Virus record (IMG/VR): IMGVR_UViG_2563366853_000005
Location: 1-36,255 of that record
Reading direction: 5' to 3' (one strand)
DNA: 36,255 bases
Source: a virus
Taxonomy: Duplodnaviria > Heunggongvirae > Uroviricota > Caudoviricetes
In this document: in pieces, positions 10,054 through 20,136 of the stretch
How the letters are laid out: every line of letters starts with the position of its first letter
How positions within the stretch are numbered: position 1 is the first letter of the stretch
Made by a program: the position numbers and the translations under genes
Notes under the pieces: generated by a model
Databases searched by the model: none
The model's input: the letters and a program-made list of their open reading frames with translations, nothing else
What the model was told of the DNA's origin: nothing

Positions 10054-10500
10054 TATGCAAGCCTCACAATATAATTAAATGCGATGTTTTTAACGGTGTT
10101 TTCCGCGTTACCAGCAGCGTTAACGGTGATGGTGTGTCCATGTGAACCAATCGCAACAGAGTGCGTATGAGCGCCAATACCAACAGTGTGTGCATGTGCC
10201 CCAGCACTTGTAGCGGTACCTGATACTGAGTGGGTATGTGCGCCAGAAGAAGGCACAGTTCCATTCCCCACCACCGTGCCACTTGATGCACCATCAAGCC
10301 AGTCGAAATTCATACCTCCACTGTTTGGTCTCCTTAATGGAACGGTATGTGTATGTGCGCCAGCACTATTTGCAGTACCAGATACATTGTGGGTATGTGC
10401 ACCAGTGTTATTCGTTGATTTAGTACCGTAATCAAACGACGATGTGGTTTTCGTACCCAAATCCGTACTGGATGCGCTGGCACTGTGGGTGTGCGATTTA
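10053..10500 (-). repeat. tandem degenerate coding repeats in the tail fibre C-terminus (HxH boxes)
   Basis: Protein repeats [22 protein letters not shown] and [22 protein letters not shown] followed by [18 protein letters not shown]; the repeats are also visible at DNA level on the opposite strand. Confidence 0.6.
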
Positions 10501-12710
10501 ATGCCATCCTGTTCCTGAGACAATACGGCCCGACCACTGGCGGGTTTGCCCTTGATTGTCCAGCCGCGCATATCTGGAATAACACCAGAAGGATAGGCAA
10601 TAGCCAGTTTCGGATATGCTGCCTTATCAAACGTCTGCCCCTGCATGATTGCATAACCTGCAGGTGGCGTATCTGATGGCCACGGCAGCGGAACACCTGG
10701 CGGAAACGCTTCAATATTTGCCGAGCCGTCAAATTTTACGCCGTTAATTGTCCTTGCCGTTTTCAGCTTTGTTGCTGTAGCAGCATTGCCGGATAGTTCG
10801 CCAGAAAGACCACCGCTGAATGTCTGTTTCGCCGCCCATGTCTGAGCTTCGTCGATAATTGGCACACGTCTTGTCGTAATCGTGCGGCTTCCCGGATTTC
10901 CTGAAATGCGAACCATAAAAAAGCGGTAATTCGCTTTACTTGCAGTGCTGCGCCATACATGCATTGAGCGCCCCGTACCGAAATCATCACTCGGACCAAC
11001 TGCGATGTTTATCAGGTTGCCATCAATGACGCCCCAGTCCATACCGTCGGGAATATTGGTCATGTTATCAAGCCGAACGGTTATCAGACTGCCCGGCACA
11101 AAATCGTAGGTCTGCCAGTCCAGGCTGGTGAGTTTTGCCACTGCGCCACCGATCCCCATATTCAGGGGCAACGAAAAGGAGTTATACACTTCTCGCCATT
11201 CGGTCCATGTGCTCCCGGCGTAGACGCGCTCAAAAGTGCGCCCCTGTGTGGTTTCTGATTTCCCTGTGGTTGTGTAACGCTGCCAGACAGATACACCATC
11301 AAAACGCCTGATTACTTCCAGTATCCCAAGCAATGTCGCCCCAGCAGCGTCCAGCATCGGACCGTTTGTCGCCTTTCCTGTAACACTGTAAATACCGGGG
11401 TCGGTTAGAACATTCAAATCACCTTCGTAATAACGGCTCTCTGACTGATGACCGACTCTTAACCACGGTTCCCACTGCGGATTTGATGCATCCCAGCTTG
11501 CCGCAAGGCAGCGAACGTACATATTCCCACGACGAGTGGTATAACGTTGCGTTCTTCCATAATTCCCGCCTTCGAGGATCTCAAGCGTCCCCTGAGCAAA
11601 GCCGCCTTCCTCTGGATAATTGCGTTCATATGAAGCTATAGCCGAGCTACTGTTACGCCATAAACCAAGATGCTCAGCGGCTCCAAGCGTATTCAGGTCT
11701 ATAGTCGTACTCAAAGGGCGGGTAGCTGATTGAGTGTGACGCCATACGCCCCACGGACCATCAGTGCCATTCCACTTATTGGCGAGTTTACGCATGTATA
11801 CATTGCCGTCTCTCGTGATAAAACGTTGCGTGCCTGCAAAATTGCCAGCTGCAAAAACCTCAAGCACACCGACAGCATTATCTTCCGGGAAATTTTTCTC
11901 CAGTGTTGCGTTGGTGGATGTTGCTTTAGACCAGATGCCAAGATAAGCCTTAACGGGACCAAATGTATTCAAGTCAGCATCAAGCGGCATTTCGCCATTG
12001 TTTTTCATAAACGTCAGGCTGGTAACGCCAACATTGTCCAGAAAAGCGCCCTTATCTGGAATATCGTCACCGTTCTGGTCTTTCTGCATACGTTTTTCAG
12101 CATTGTCATAGGCTGCTTTTACTGCCTTTGGCGTTGCCGCCAGCTCTTCACTGGTGCTGTTTGTTGCGCTACTTAACTGAGTAAAACCTTTTTCTGTCAG
12201 CGTGGCGTCAGGATGGCGGCGGGACTGCTCATGCTCTGCGATTTTGTCATCGACGTAATCCTGCGTCGCCATCACTGTGCTGGCATCAATACTCAGCTCA
12301 ACGGACGCCACGTTGCTGACAATAATAACCATGCGGCAGGTCTGCGCGCGCCCGGAGCCTTCAGCGAGTTCAGGTTTATAGCTTTCCGCCATGTTAGCGA
12401 CCGCAATCAGTGTTCCGGCATCGTCATACAGACCCAGCTCACGCATCCAGAAGCCGCCCACTTCTGGCGGTACAACCAGTTCAGCCACGATATAGTTTTT
12501 ATTCTTGTTATCCACGCTGACTTTATTCAGAGCGTGACGCCAGACCTCATGCACCAGTTTCGTCTGACCGGCATCCGGCACCGGCAATTTGCCATTACCG
12601 TCACCCACGGCCATTGCAGACAGAGTTACTTTTTTCCCGCCGGGGACAGTGGCGGCTGCCAGCTTCGCGGCTCCGGCAGTAGTGATAACGGTTTTAAATT
12701 TCGTGCTCAT
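10053..12710 (-). CDS. H: tail fibre protein gpH with His-rich repeat tip
   Basis: 885-aa ORF; conserved N-terminal region and a C-terminal region with repeated G-A-H-T-H-x-V-S-G-T-A-x-S-A-G-A-H units. Confidence 0.9.
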   Translation of the reverse strand: MSTKFKTVITTAGAAKLAAATVPGGKKVTLSAMAVGDGNGKLPVPDAGQTKLVHEVWRHALNKVSVDNKNKNYIVAELVVPPEVGGFWMRELGLYDDAGTLIAVANMAESYKPELAEGSGRAQTCRMVIIVSNVASVELSIDASTVMATQDYVDDKIAEHEQSRRHPDATLTEKGFTQLSSATNSTSEELAATPKAVKAAYDNAEKRMQKDQNGDDIPDKGAFLDNVGVTSLTFMKNNGEMPLDADLNTFGPVKAYLGIWSKATSTNATLEKNFPEDNAVGVLEVFAAGNFAGTQRFITRDGNVYMRKLANKWNGTDGPWGVWRHTQSATRPLSTTIDLNTLGAAEHLGLWRNSSSAIASYERNYPEEGGFAQGTLEILEGGNYGRTQRYTTRRGNMYVRCLAASWDASNPQWEPWLRVGHQSESRYYEGDLNVLTDPGIYSVTGKATNGPMLDAAGATLLGILEVIRRFDGVSVWQRYTTTGKSETTQGRTFERVYAGSTWTEWREVYNSFSLPLNMGIGGAVAKLTSLDWQTYDFVPGSLITVRLDNMTNIPDGMDWGVIDGNLINIAVGPSDDFGTGRSMHVWRSTASKANYRFFMVRISGNPGSRTITTRRVPIIDEAQTWAAKQTFSGGLSGELSGNAATATKLKTARTINGVKFDGSANIEAFPPGVPLPWPSDTPPAGYAIMQGQTFDKAAYPKLAIAYPSGVIPDMRGWTIKGKPASGRAVLSQEQDGIKSHTHSASASSTDLGTKTTSSFDYGTKSTNNTGAHTHNVSGTANSAGAHTHTVPLRRPNSGGMNFDWLDGASSGTVVGNGTVPSSGAHTHSVSGTATSAGAHAHTVGIGAHTHSVAIGSHGHTITVNAAGNAENTVKNIAFNYIVRLA

Positions 12711-12720
12711 TGTTTCTCAC

Positions 12721-13248
12721 TTATCCGGGATAAACAGTAATAACATCACCATCACAGACCACACCGCCTGTATACAGATAGCCAGGAATGTCCTGGATAA
12801 TGTTCAGGCCGATAAGGTGGCGACTTGCGGGTTTGGCATCGGCAATCAGCCGTTCCATTTCCAGATACATTTCCTCCGTCACGCCACTGTCCAGCGTGCC
12901 GACTTCAACGGTAAATGTTCCCGGTTCTCCGCCGAACTCCCACCACTCAGACACGCGAATGAGGTATCCCAGCGGCTCAATGGCCCGGCGCAGTGCGCTG
13001 ATGGTCCCTTTGTGTCGGTGTATCAGCCATGCATCACGAATAACCTGTCGCTTTGTCTCTTCCGGCCAGTTGCGATCCCAGCGGTCAACGGAAAACGCCC
13101 AGGCGAGATAAGGCAGCAGATGCACCGGGCAGGTGTCCGGCGACCACAGCGTGTTGAGGTCTACCGGAATGTCTGTAATGCGTGTTCCGACGGCTTCGGC
13201 ACAACGCATGAAATTGCTGGCTGATGGTGGTAACAACGAATTACTCAT
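12721..13248 (-). CDS. I: baseplate assembly protein gpI
   Basis: Start at MSNSLLPPSAS (ATG at 13248, GAAGGTGG RBS upstream), 2 nt after the J stop; similarity to P2 I. Confidence 0.8.
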   Translation of the reverse strand: MSNSLLPPSASNFMRCAEAVGTRITDIPVDLNTLWSPDTCPVHLLPYLAWAFSVDRWDRNWPEETKRQVIRDAWLIHRHKGTISALRRAIEPLGYLIRVSEWWEFGGEPGTFTVEVGTLDSGVTEEMYLEMERLIADAKPASRHLIGLNIIQDIPGYLYTGGVVCDGDVITVYPG

Positions 13249-14137
13249 TGCGTCCACCTTCGCTGATGGTGAATGACTCACAGCGCGCCGCCTGTATGTC
13301 GCTGATGGCCATATTCTGTGTGGGTTCGATTATTTCCACGCGTTGCACACCGTGCACATGCAGTGCGGCAGCAATGGCGGACAACGCCACGTCCTGACCG
13401 ATAAGCCCCTGTTCAGCCAGCCACTTCCTGAATGACGATTCAGCCGCAGCCAGAATAGGTTCGGATTCCGGGCCGGGGTAAAAGTACAGTTTTGCATTCA
13501 GCCGCCATGTCACGATTCTGGCGCTCTGTACGGTCAGGCGGTCGGCCACCGGGCGGGTATCCTCTGCATTCAGAACGGCGCGAACGGTATTAAGCAACGC
13601 CTCCGTTGCTGTGCCGTCGCCTTCAGTGGACAGAATGGAAACCGTCACATTTGCCGGAGACGGACTGATAGCCCGCGCATCACGCACCAGACCGCTGGCG
13701 CTGCTGGCAAAATACTCGTATGCACCTGACGGGCCAGCAACACTCAGGCCGTCGTACGCCCGCTGCGCCCGCAGTCTCAGCGAGGTGTCGCTCTCCATCA
13801 CCGCGTCGGTGGTATCCGTTGCCGGAGTGATAACCAGGCGCTTTGTGTTCATATTGCCCGCGAGGTTGTCCAGGTCTGTCCCGGCGCTGTGGCTTAACAT
13901 GCAGGCGCGTGCACCCTCATTGACCCGCTGGCGTAACAGCATTTCACGAAAAGACATGGTTTGAGCGATAACGTTCAGTGGTTCTGATTCCAGTTCCAGC
14001 GCGGTGGAGACGGCTTCACGCTGTTCGGCGGGATAAGCCGCAATCATCATGGCCTTTGTGTCAGCCAGAATTGCTTCAAAGTCAGGCTCCGCGATGATGG
14101 CGGGTTCCGGTAACTGTGAAAGGTCAACGGCGGGCAT
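13241..14137 (-). CDS. J: baseplate protein gpJ
   Basis: 298-aa ORF; position and similarity to P2 J. Confidence 0.85.
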   Translation of the reverse strand: MPAVDLSQLPEPAIIAEPDFEAILADTKAMMIAAYPAEQREAVSTALELESEPLNVIAQTMSFREMLLRQRVNEGARACMLSHSAGTDLDNLAGNMNTKRLVITPATDTTDAVMESDTSLRLRAQRAYDGLSVAGPSGAYEYFASSASGLVRDARAISPSPANVTVSILSTEGDGTATEALLNTVRAVLNAEDTRPVADRLTVQSARIVTWRLNAKLYFYPGPESEPILAAAESSFRKWLAEQGLIGQDVALSAIAAALHVHGVQRVEIIEPTQNMAISDIQAARCESFTISEGGRNE

Positions 14138-14140
14138 GAT

Positions 14141-14491
14141 TTACTCCCTCAGCGTGATGGTTAATTCAACATTCTGCATGGTCTGCATGACAGTGCCCGA
14201 CAGCGTCACCCCGGCGCGGCCTCCCGCTTTCCAGACAACGTCGATGGCATCCAGGGCAATGCGGGGTTCCCATCGTGTCAGTGCAATCACGGCAGCACTC
14301 ATGCATTGCAGACGCGTGGTGTTATTCATGGGTTCGTCAATCAAATCAGGCACAAGGCTGCCATATTCCCGTCGCATAACCCGGCTTGCCAGCGGGGTGG
14401 TCAGGATATCCCTGACTGACTGTTTCAGGTGCTCCATATCGTTCAGGTTTCCCGTCCCGTCCGGATTCATTCCTGTGTAGCGGGTTGTCAC
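14141..14491 (-). CDS. W: baseplate wedge protein gpW
   Basis: 116-aa ORF; position and similarity to P2 W. Confidence 0.8.
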   Translation of the reverse strand: MTTRYTGMNPDGTGNLNDMEHLKQSVRDILTTPLASRVMRREYGSLVPDLIDEPMNNTTRLQCMSAAVIALTRWEPRIALDAIDVVWKAGGRAGVTLSGTVMQTMQNVELTITLRE

Positions 14492-15069
14492 TGCGGGCCT
14501 CCTGTCGAATCGCTGCCACCTTTAACGCCACCGTGCTTATGCGTATGCACTGTGATGCCGTTTGAGGTGAAATCGCCGCCGCTGTGCGTGATATTGCCGC
14601 TCATCTTTCCCCCTTTTGTGACGTCAATCTCGGCTGTTTTCAGAAGGTTTGTGCATTCCACGACGGGCGTATCCAGTGTCACGCTGACGGATGCCTGCAA
14701 AGTGGCCGTTTTCATGCCGCTGGCGCTCAGTGCGCCTGCGTCCGCGTCGTAGCGGAACACCGCGCCATCCGGCGCGCTGACCACGATTTCTTTCAGGCTT
14801 TTGCCGGGTGCCGGAATGGCATCACTCCACAGACTGCCAATTATCATGGCGGTTTCCGGGTTGCCGCCGATGCAGGCTATTACCACCTGTTCGCCGGGTG
14901 ATGGCGGCAACCACACATTGAAGGCACCCGCGCGCGTGGTGTTCCAGCGCAGCCAGCCTGTTTCCAGTTCGCCGCTGCGAACGCGCACGCGCCAGGACTT
15001 CTCATCAACTTCAGAGATGATCCCGGTGCGGATGATATTGCTCAGCAGTCGCATGAGTTCTGCGCTCAC
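14488..15069 (-). CDS. V: baseplate spike protein gpV
   Basis: 193-aa ORF; position and similarity to P2 V. Confidence 0.8.
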   Translation of the reverse strand: MSAELMRLLSNIIRTGIISEVDEKSWRVRVRSGELETGWLRWNTTRAGAFNVWLPPSPGEQVVIACIGGNPETAMIIGSLWSDAIPAPGKSLKEIVVSAPDGAVFRYDADAGALSASGMKTATLQASVSVTLDTPVVECTNLLKTAEIDVTKGGKMSGNITHSGGDFTSNGITVHTHKHGGVKGGSDSTGGPQ

Positions 15070-15710
15070 CGTACAGCCTCCGCAATCCGGCCCAGCACTG
15101 TGTTATAAATCAGGCGTTCATCTGCCTGACTGATGCCCAACAGCTCACGTACCGGGTAATCGGTGAAAATGCCCGGCGCAACCTGATCGCGCTCACCGAA
15201 CTGATGAACGCGGGCAATACGTGCGGCCACGCCGCTGTAACCCACCGTCACACCGGAAGCATCTGCACGGGCTTTCAGGTAGCGGGCGGTGCGCAGTTTT
15301 ACGAACATGGGGACGCGCTTTGTGCTGTCCTGGTTGATGCGCCGGGTGCGTATTTCCAGAAAGCGGTCGATGTCATCCCGGTAAAACGTGCGGATGCTGT
15401 TTTTATCCTCATCCCACCCGGTGATGGTTCGCCCGTATTTCCTCGTGTCGTGATGCCAGTTTTTCAGCGTGCGTGCTTCGTTATTCCAGATAAAGCGAAT
15501 GCGTTCCTGTATCCGGGTTACACGGCGTTTGCGTGGTGTCCATGCGGTCCCGTCCGGCGCTTTCTGTGACCGGATACGTGCCTGCTGGGCGCGACGTAAA
15601 TCCTGTGCCAGCTTTCTGGCGATGTTATTGATGGCCTGCTGATTCAGGCTGTCGCGGATGGCCTCAAAGGTTTCATCCACGCGGGTGAATGCCTTATCCA
15701 TCGCTTTCAC
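15066..15710 (-). CDS. S: tail completion / virion morphogenesis protein (gpS-like, longer than P2 S)
   Basis: Position between R and V; basic protein of 214 aa. Confidence 0.65.
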   Translation of the reverse strand: MKAMDKAFTRVDETFEAIRDSLNQQAINNIARKLAQDLRRAQQARIRSQKAPDGTAWTPRKRRVTRIQERIRFIWNNEARTLKNWHHDTRKYGRTITGWDEDKNSIRTFYRDDIDRFLEIRTRRINQDSTKRVPMFVKLRTARYLKARADASGVTVGYSGVAARIARVHQFGERDQVAPGIFTDYPVRELLGISQADERLIYNTVLGRIAEAVR

Positions 15711-16161
15711 CCCACGTCACATCCTGGAATACATGCGACCAGTCGCCTTCGGAAGAGGGCAGACGGGGTTTTGGCTCCGGCAGGTGTTCTGCCTGCGGTG
15801 TGCCCTGACTGCTGCGCGTGATGCGAACGCGTTCCCGCAGGGGGAGCGTAAACAGGAGATCGGCGCTGTCATCGTCATTGATAACGGCGGAGAATTTGAT
15901 GTCCTGATTACGCTCAGGGTTGAGCAACAACTGTGGCTGATTTTCGGATAACCACGCCAGCAGCGGCAGCGTGAGGTCGTCCAGCTCCCCGGCGTAATCC
16001 ATGACAAACATCACCATCTGATAGCGGTAAACAAACGAGGGAGTTTCTCCGGTCGTTTCAATGTTGCCGCTCTCCACGAAAATGGTGAATTTCTCCGGGT
16101 TGGCGTGACACCATCGACATGAACGGGTCATGGCTTCACGCAGGGAATCAGTTTTCAGCAT
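15694..16161 (-). CDS. R: tail completion protein gpR
   Basis: 155-aa ORF; position and size match P2 R. Confidence 0.7.
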   Translation of the reverse strand: MLKTDSLREAMTRSCRWCHANPEKFTIFVESGNIETTGETPSFVYRYQMVMFVMDYAGELDDLTLPLLAWLSENQPQLLLNPERNQDIKFSAVINDDDSADLLFTLPLRERVRITRSSQGTPQAEHLPEPKPRLPSSEGDWSHVFQDVTWGESDG

Positions 16162-16468
16162 GGCTGTTGTCCTCGTTGTTCAGTCGTTGCAGTCTGCGCT
16201 GCTCCAGTAATTCAATGGCCCGTTTATCCGCGTTACAGGTTTCCAGTGCATCCAGAAGGCGGTCGCCCCATATACCGAGATTTCCCCATGTGGGAGTGTC
16301 AGGGAAGGGGGGCGGCGTTACCGGTATGGTCAGCGTCTGCGGTATAAGCCGGACTGACGGCGCTGGCCGTGGCGCGTTCAGCGTGCCTGCGCAACCTGTC
16401 AGTAAAACGAGCATCAGGCAAAGCGTGGGCGCATTCATCTTTTGCAATATCGTTGCGTAGCTGTTCAC
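16148..16468 (-). CDS. o-spanin lipoprotein (LysC / Rz1-like)
   Basis: Signal peptide with lipobox LLTG-C (MNAPTLCLMLVLLTGCAG), Pro-rich; overlaps the 3' end of the i-spanin gene in another frame, as in P2 lysB/lysC. Confidence 0.6.
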   Translation of the reverse strand: MNSYATILQKMNAPTLCLMLVLLTGCAGTLNAPRPAPSVRLIPQTLTIPVTPPPFPDTPTWGNLGIWGDRLLDALETCNADKRAIELLEQRRLQRLNNEDNSHAEN

Positions 16469-16706
16469 GTCTGGCCTCTCCGTCCTGATTGCGTTGCTGA
16501 TTTTCCACGCGGAGTTGTGCCAGCACCTGCTGCATATCCTGTACCCCGGCGCTGATGATATTCAGGGTGTCGGCGGTACTTTTCAGGGTGCTGGCCTGCG
16601 CTTCGTTTCTGGCGTTCTCCCGGCCCAGCGACCACGACAGACGCATGGATGTTCCCCATGCGGCAATCAGAAGGAAAGCGACGCCCAGCGTGGGCCAGAG
16701 CTTCAT
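16299..16706 (-). CDS. i-spanin (LysB / Rz-like); start taken at the internal ATG at 16706
   Basis: MKLWPTLGVAFLLIAAWGTSM N-terminal TM helix then coiled-coil-like periplasmic domain; ATG overlaps the endolysin stop (ATGA). Confidence 0.6.
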   Translation of the reverse strand: MKLWPTLGVAFLLIAAWGTSMRLSWSLGRENARNEAQASTLKSTADTLNIISAGVQDMQQVLAQLRVENQQRNQDGEARREQLRNDIAKDECAHALPDARFTDRLRRHAERATASAVSPAYTADADHTGNAAPLP

Positions 16707-17095
16707 GCCGGATAGGCTCCGTGTGGTAACTGAAAATGCGGTCCGTCTTTCAGGGTCTTCCAGTCGCCGCCCCATTCCACCGGAATATTCAGTTCCCGGC
16801 TGGCCTGTCTGAATGCTGCTGCGATTTTTTCGTACAGCGGCCATTCCCATGACACCTGGCTGCCGATATAAGCCACAACATCCACGGCATGCCCCGTAAG
16901 GTGGCGGCTGTTCATGGTCTGGCTCTTACCCGTGGCCACCAGTTGCTTCTGGCGGTAACGGCTGCGCAACCCTTCGGTGATACCAAAATCCACTTCCGAG
17001 ATTTCCAGTGCCCGTCGGGTCACTTTCACCAGATCAGGATTTACGCCCTGCAAATTCTTTTCGCTCCGGCTGCTGAATTTAAATGTGTTGCTCAT
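16703..17095 (-). CDS. endolysin, peptidase M15 family (L-alanyl-D-glutamate peptidase type)
   Basis: Exact zinc-binding signature S-x-H-x-x-G-x-A-x-D (SRHLTGHAVD) plus a downstream His pair (PHFQLPHG); sits in the lysis cassette between holin and spanins. Confidence 0.75.
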   Translation of the reverse strand: MSNTFKFSSRSEKNLQGVNPDLVKVTRRALEISEVDFGITEGLRSRYRQKQLVATGKSQTMNSRHLTGHAVDVVAYIGSQVSWEWPLYEKIAAAFRQASRELNIPVEWGGDWKTLKDGPHFQLPHGAYPA

Positions 17096-17415
17096 TCGTC
17101 CTTCTCCTTCACCCTGCGATTAAAGGCCGCAATAACCTTGTCGCGTGCTTTCTCTGCACCCATAAAACCGATTGATGCGCCGATAAACGTCACGGCATCT
17201 TCAGGAAAACCGAAGAAGCGCAACGACCCGGCCACGGCCATGGCAAGAACGCCGCACGCCAGCGATCCCGTTACGGTCTGAACCAGAGTTCGTCCGTCAT
17301 AAAGACTCATCAGCGCGGAAATGCTGACCGCCGCGCCTACTGCATACACCGTTGGCAGGTGGTCAAAGAGCCACGCAATAACCTGCTCTGTGATCCCTGT
17401 TTGAATGGTGCTCAC
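17092..17415 (-). CDS. class I holin (three predicted TM segments, charged C-terminus); start taken at the GTG at 17415
   Basis: GTG preceded by GGGGGGAG 5 nt upstream; hydrophobic segments AVGAAVSISAL, SLACGVLAMAVAGSL, VTFIGASIGFMGA; C-terminal RRVKEKDE. Confidence 0.5.
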   Translation of the reverse strand: MSTIQTGITEQVIAWLFDHLPTVYAVGAAVSISALMSLYDGRTLVQTVTGSLACGVLAMAVAGSLRFFGFPEDAVTFIGASIGFMGAEKARDKVIAAFNRRVKEKDE

Positions 17416-17417
17416 TG

Positions 17418-17618
17418 CTACTCCCCCCACAACTGAATCATTTCTCGTTTCTTCTTCTCCGGCTCCGGCATCTCCACTTCCTGCCCGGCGTCCAGAAATA
17501 CCTGCTGACAGAGTCCGGGGTTGGCATCCAGCACCTTTTCGGTGACGCCCTGCGTCGTGCCGTAGTACCGGAAACAGAGCGAATCCACGGTGTCGCCTTC
17601 CAGTGCCTTCACTTTCAT
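17418..17618 (-). CDS. X: tail protein gpX
   Basis: MKVKALEGDTVDSLCFRYYG...ANPGL matches P2 X (MKVKALEGDTVDALCWRYYG...); ATG overlaps the L stop (TGATG). Confidence 0.75.
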   Translation of the reverse strand: MKVKALEGDTVDSLCFRYYGTTQGVTEKVLDANPGLCQQVFLDAGQEVEMPEPEKKKREMIQLWGE

Positions 17619-18112
17619 CAGCACAACTCCGCAAAGATTCGCGGGCGGCACAGAATGTCAGAGATGGCCCAGCTCACATCACGCCACAAATCCGATGTCT
17701 GTATATCCAGAGCGTCCGCCCGGCGGTCGCCCTTGTCCGTAGTGTCTGCATCACGATAACGCTCCAGAATCAGGGCGCGCGTGGCGGTATAAACAGCATT
17801 GCGCCAGTGCCATAGATTGACGCTTTCTCCGTTAATTACGGGTGCCGGAACATCGGCCAGCGTCTGATGGCCAGCCGCCTGCTGTTCCTGCTGCCATGCT
17901 TCCAGCTCGCGGGTAACGTGAGCCACGGCCCCGGTGGCAGTATGCAGCAGGCGGGAGGTGGTCACGCGGCCCGGCAGTCGTACCGCCAGACGCAGCTCGC
18001 GCAGCACAATATCCGGCCAGAATGCACCTGCTGAAATGCGAGTGTCGCCATCATCGGTATCGGTGATGTCGTCCTCTGCGGGTCTTGGTTCAGTTCTGGC
18101 AACCATACTCAT
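17618..18112 (-). CDS. L: head completion protein gpL (start at ATG 18112; track start 18121 is GTG)
   Basis: AGGAG 7 nt upstream of the ATG at 18112; position and size match P2 L. Confidence 0.75.
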   Translation of the reverse strand: MSMVARTEPRPAEDDITDTDDGDTRISAGAFWPDIVLRELRLAVRLPGRVTTSRLLHTATGAVAHVTRELEAWQQEQQAAGHQTLADVPAPVINGESVNLWHWRNAVYTATRALILERYRDADTTDKGDRRADALDIQTSDLWRDVSWAISDILCRPRIFAELC

Positions 18113-18126
18113 GGGGTTCACTCCTG

Positions 18127-18199
18127 AAAAAAATCGGGCGGTGGGTGCGCGGTGTAAACGGTCACGGAGTCAAACCGGAACACCGCGCACGCCGCCCGC
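18127..18199 (-). terminator. hairpin plus U-run between M and L (candidate attenuator or partial terminator)
   Basis: Perfect 11-bp arms GTGCGCGGTGT (18145-18155) and ACACCGCGCAC (18180-18190) with imperfect extensions; on the minus strand followed by T7 (18127-18133), then the L RBS. Confidence 0.5.
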
Positions 18200-18214
18200 T
18201 GACGGGGTCAGTCG

Positions 18215-19015
18215 TTAACCGCGCTTCGCTTTCTGCGTCGCGGTGGTTTTTCGTGTTGCAGGCTTCCGCGTTGTCTTTTTACTTTTGCTGCTTTCGTCCT
18301 GCGTCTGCTGTGTGCTGGCGTCTTCTGGTGCGGCTGCGGAATCGGCTTTTTTCAGGGCGCGGGAAAGGGTTGTAATCTCGCGTTTCACACCTGCGTTCTG
18401 GTTCAGGTGCATTGCTTCGCGCAGCAGCTTCAGTGACAGGGCCATGCTGTCCGCATCACTCAGACCACGACGGGCAAAGGCGCACGCCTTGCATAATTTG
18501 GCGCGCACTTCGTCCGGCATGTCCTGGTCGGTGACAATCTCCCGGAGGGTGTCCAGTGGTTCGATAAAGGCGGACAAATCCGCGTCGGCATCCGTCCCGG
18601 CCTGCGTCAGTACCGGGTTGCAGATTTCTTCGGTCAGCACTGTGGCAGCAGTACGGCCAAAGTTATCCGGCATGATGAGGTTGTGACGGACCACATACGC
18701 ACCAATACGCAGCGCAAGCGGAAGATCGCCACAGTCAATCGCCCACACCATCAGCGTGGCAATCACTTCATCCTGCTGCCCGCCGTCAGCCTCCAGCGTT
18801 CCCTCAATCCAGCCGGAAAAATCCGGCAACAACTCTTTTTTGATGGCGGCTTTCGCGCTTCTGGCCTGTACGCCCTTAAGCCGGGCCTGTGCCAGACGCA
18901 GACGATACAGCACCTCTTCATGCGCGGTACGCGCGGCGTGGTCCACGCCTTCATTCGCCCGGCCTGCGCGCTGTGCCATCACGTTCTGCCAGTGTTGTTG
19001 TGCAGGAGTAATCAT
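18215..19015 (-). CDS. M: terminase small (endonuclease) subunit gpM
   Basis: 266-aa ORF; position between N and L; basic Lys/Thr-rich C-terminus. Confidence 0.8.
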   Translation of the reverse strand: MITPAQQHWQNVMAQRAGRANEGVDHAARTAHEEVLYRLRLAQARLKGVQARSAKAAIKKELLPDFSGWIEGTLEADGGQQDEVIATLMVWAIDCGDLPLALRIGAYVVRHNLIMPDNFGRTAATVLTEEICNPVLTQAGTDADADLSAFIEPLDTLREIVTDQDMPDEVRAKLCKACAFARRGLSDADSMALSLKLLREAMHLNQNAGVKREITTLSRALKKADSAAAPEDASTQQTQDESSKSKKTTRKPATRKTTATQKAKRG

Positions 19016-19060
19016 TTTTTCTCTCCGTTACAGGCGGGCATGATGCCCGCCGTGAGTTGA

Positions 19061-20113
19061 TTAGCTGTCGGCGAACTTCAGGCCAGTAACCATCGCGCAC
19101 TTGCCATAGTCTTCAACGACATAAGCGTCATTGATGGACTGGTAGGTGGCGATGCGGTTGTATTCCGGCTCGTCTTTCATCAGGCGACGCATTGAACCTT
19201 TCTGCCAGTAAATCGACAGGTTGTTGAACGAGGTGATCAGCATCGTTGCATCCGGGAAGAACGGCGCAAGGAACACGCCCAGCCCGCCAATGGTGCGCGA
19301 TGACAGGATGAGCTGCCCGGCGAGTAATTCCGCATTGGGATTCTGGCCGCTGATGCTGTTCAGCACGGGCAGACGCAGCGAGTTAAACAGGTTGCGCCCC
19401 ATAATCACCACGAGGTCGTCAGCTTCCTTGTGCCATTCATCCAGCAGGGATGAACGCGCGTCCTGTACCAGTGCATCAGCGTTCGCATACTTACCCGCGT
19501 GCGCCACGGTGTTGTCCATGTTGCGGGAGGTCAGCGTCACGTCATTCATAACGCGTTCGCTGGCGTCGGTTCTGATGTGCTCCAGCCAGCCCACGTTAAC
19601 GTCCTGAAGTAGCTTGTTGGTGCTGAAGTTGGACTCATCCGCGTGAGACGTGCCGTTGAAACCGATCATGATGCGGTCAAGCGCCACCTGTCGGGCAATC
19701 TGTGCGCTGATGCGGGACTGAAAATCAGGGTGTGCCGACCAGGCATCAAGCTGCGGATACGAAATAAACGTGTCGTAGTTCACCTGTTCACACTGATATT
19801 TGCGGTTTTTCAGATCAACCACGTTATTCGGGTTACGGCGTTTTGTGCCGTCATAACTGGTATTCGTGCGCGCAATCGGTCCTGTGGTATCCAGGAGGAT
19901 TTTTTCGCCTTTCTGGTCGGTCACGCCGATCACGTTAATTCTTTTCGTAAATTCGGTACTTTCCTTTGAGGCGTTTTCAAAACGCTGCTGCACCGCGGGT
20001 TCCACGGTAAATCGCGACACCAGTGCAGATACCGGGATATTATTAAGCGACGCCTGCTGCGCCATATAGCAACCCAGCTTGTTGCGGGTAATATCTGACA
20101 TCACCAGATTCAT
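19061..20113 (-). CDS. N: major capsid protein gpN
   Basis: 350-aa ORF with blocks shared with P2 N (for example VVEDY near the C-terminus, LITSFNNLSIYW versus LITKLENLSIYY); GGAG RBS. Confidence 0.9.
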   Translation of the reverse strand: MNLVMSDITRNKLGCYMAQQASLNNIPVSALVSRFTVEPAVQQRFENASKESTEFTKRINVIGVTDQKGEKILLDTTGPIARTNTSYDGTKRRNPNNVVDLKNRKYQCEQVNYDTFISYPQLDAWSAHPDFQSRISAQIARQVALDRIMIGFNGTSHADESNFSTNKLLQDVNVGWLEHIRTDASERVMNDVTLTSRNMDNTVAHAGKYANADALVQDARSSLLDEWHKEADDLVVIMGRNLFNSLRLPVLNSISGQNPNAELLAGQLILSSRTIGGLGVFLAPFFPDATMLITSFNNLSIYWQKGSMRRLMKDEPEYNRIATYQSINDAYVVEDYGKCAMVTGLKFADS

Positions 20114-20136
20114 AAAAAATTTGCTCCTTTGTCTAA

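Noticed and set aside
12213-13224. 175-aa and 211-aa plus-strand ORFs
   Set aside because: Antisense to the tail fibre H and baseplate I genes; shadow ORFs.
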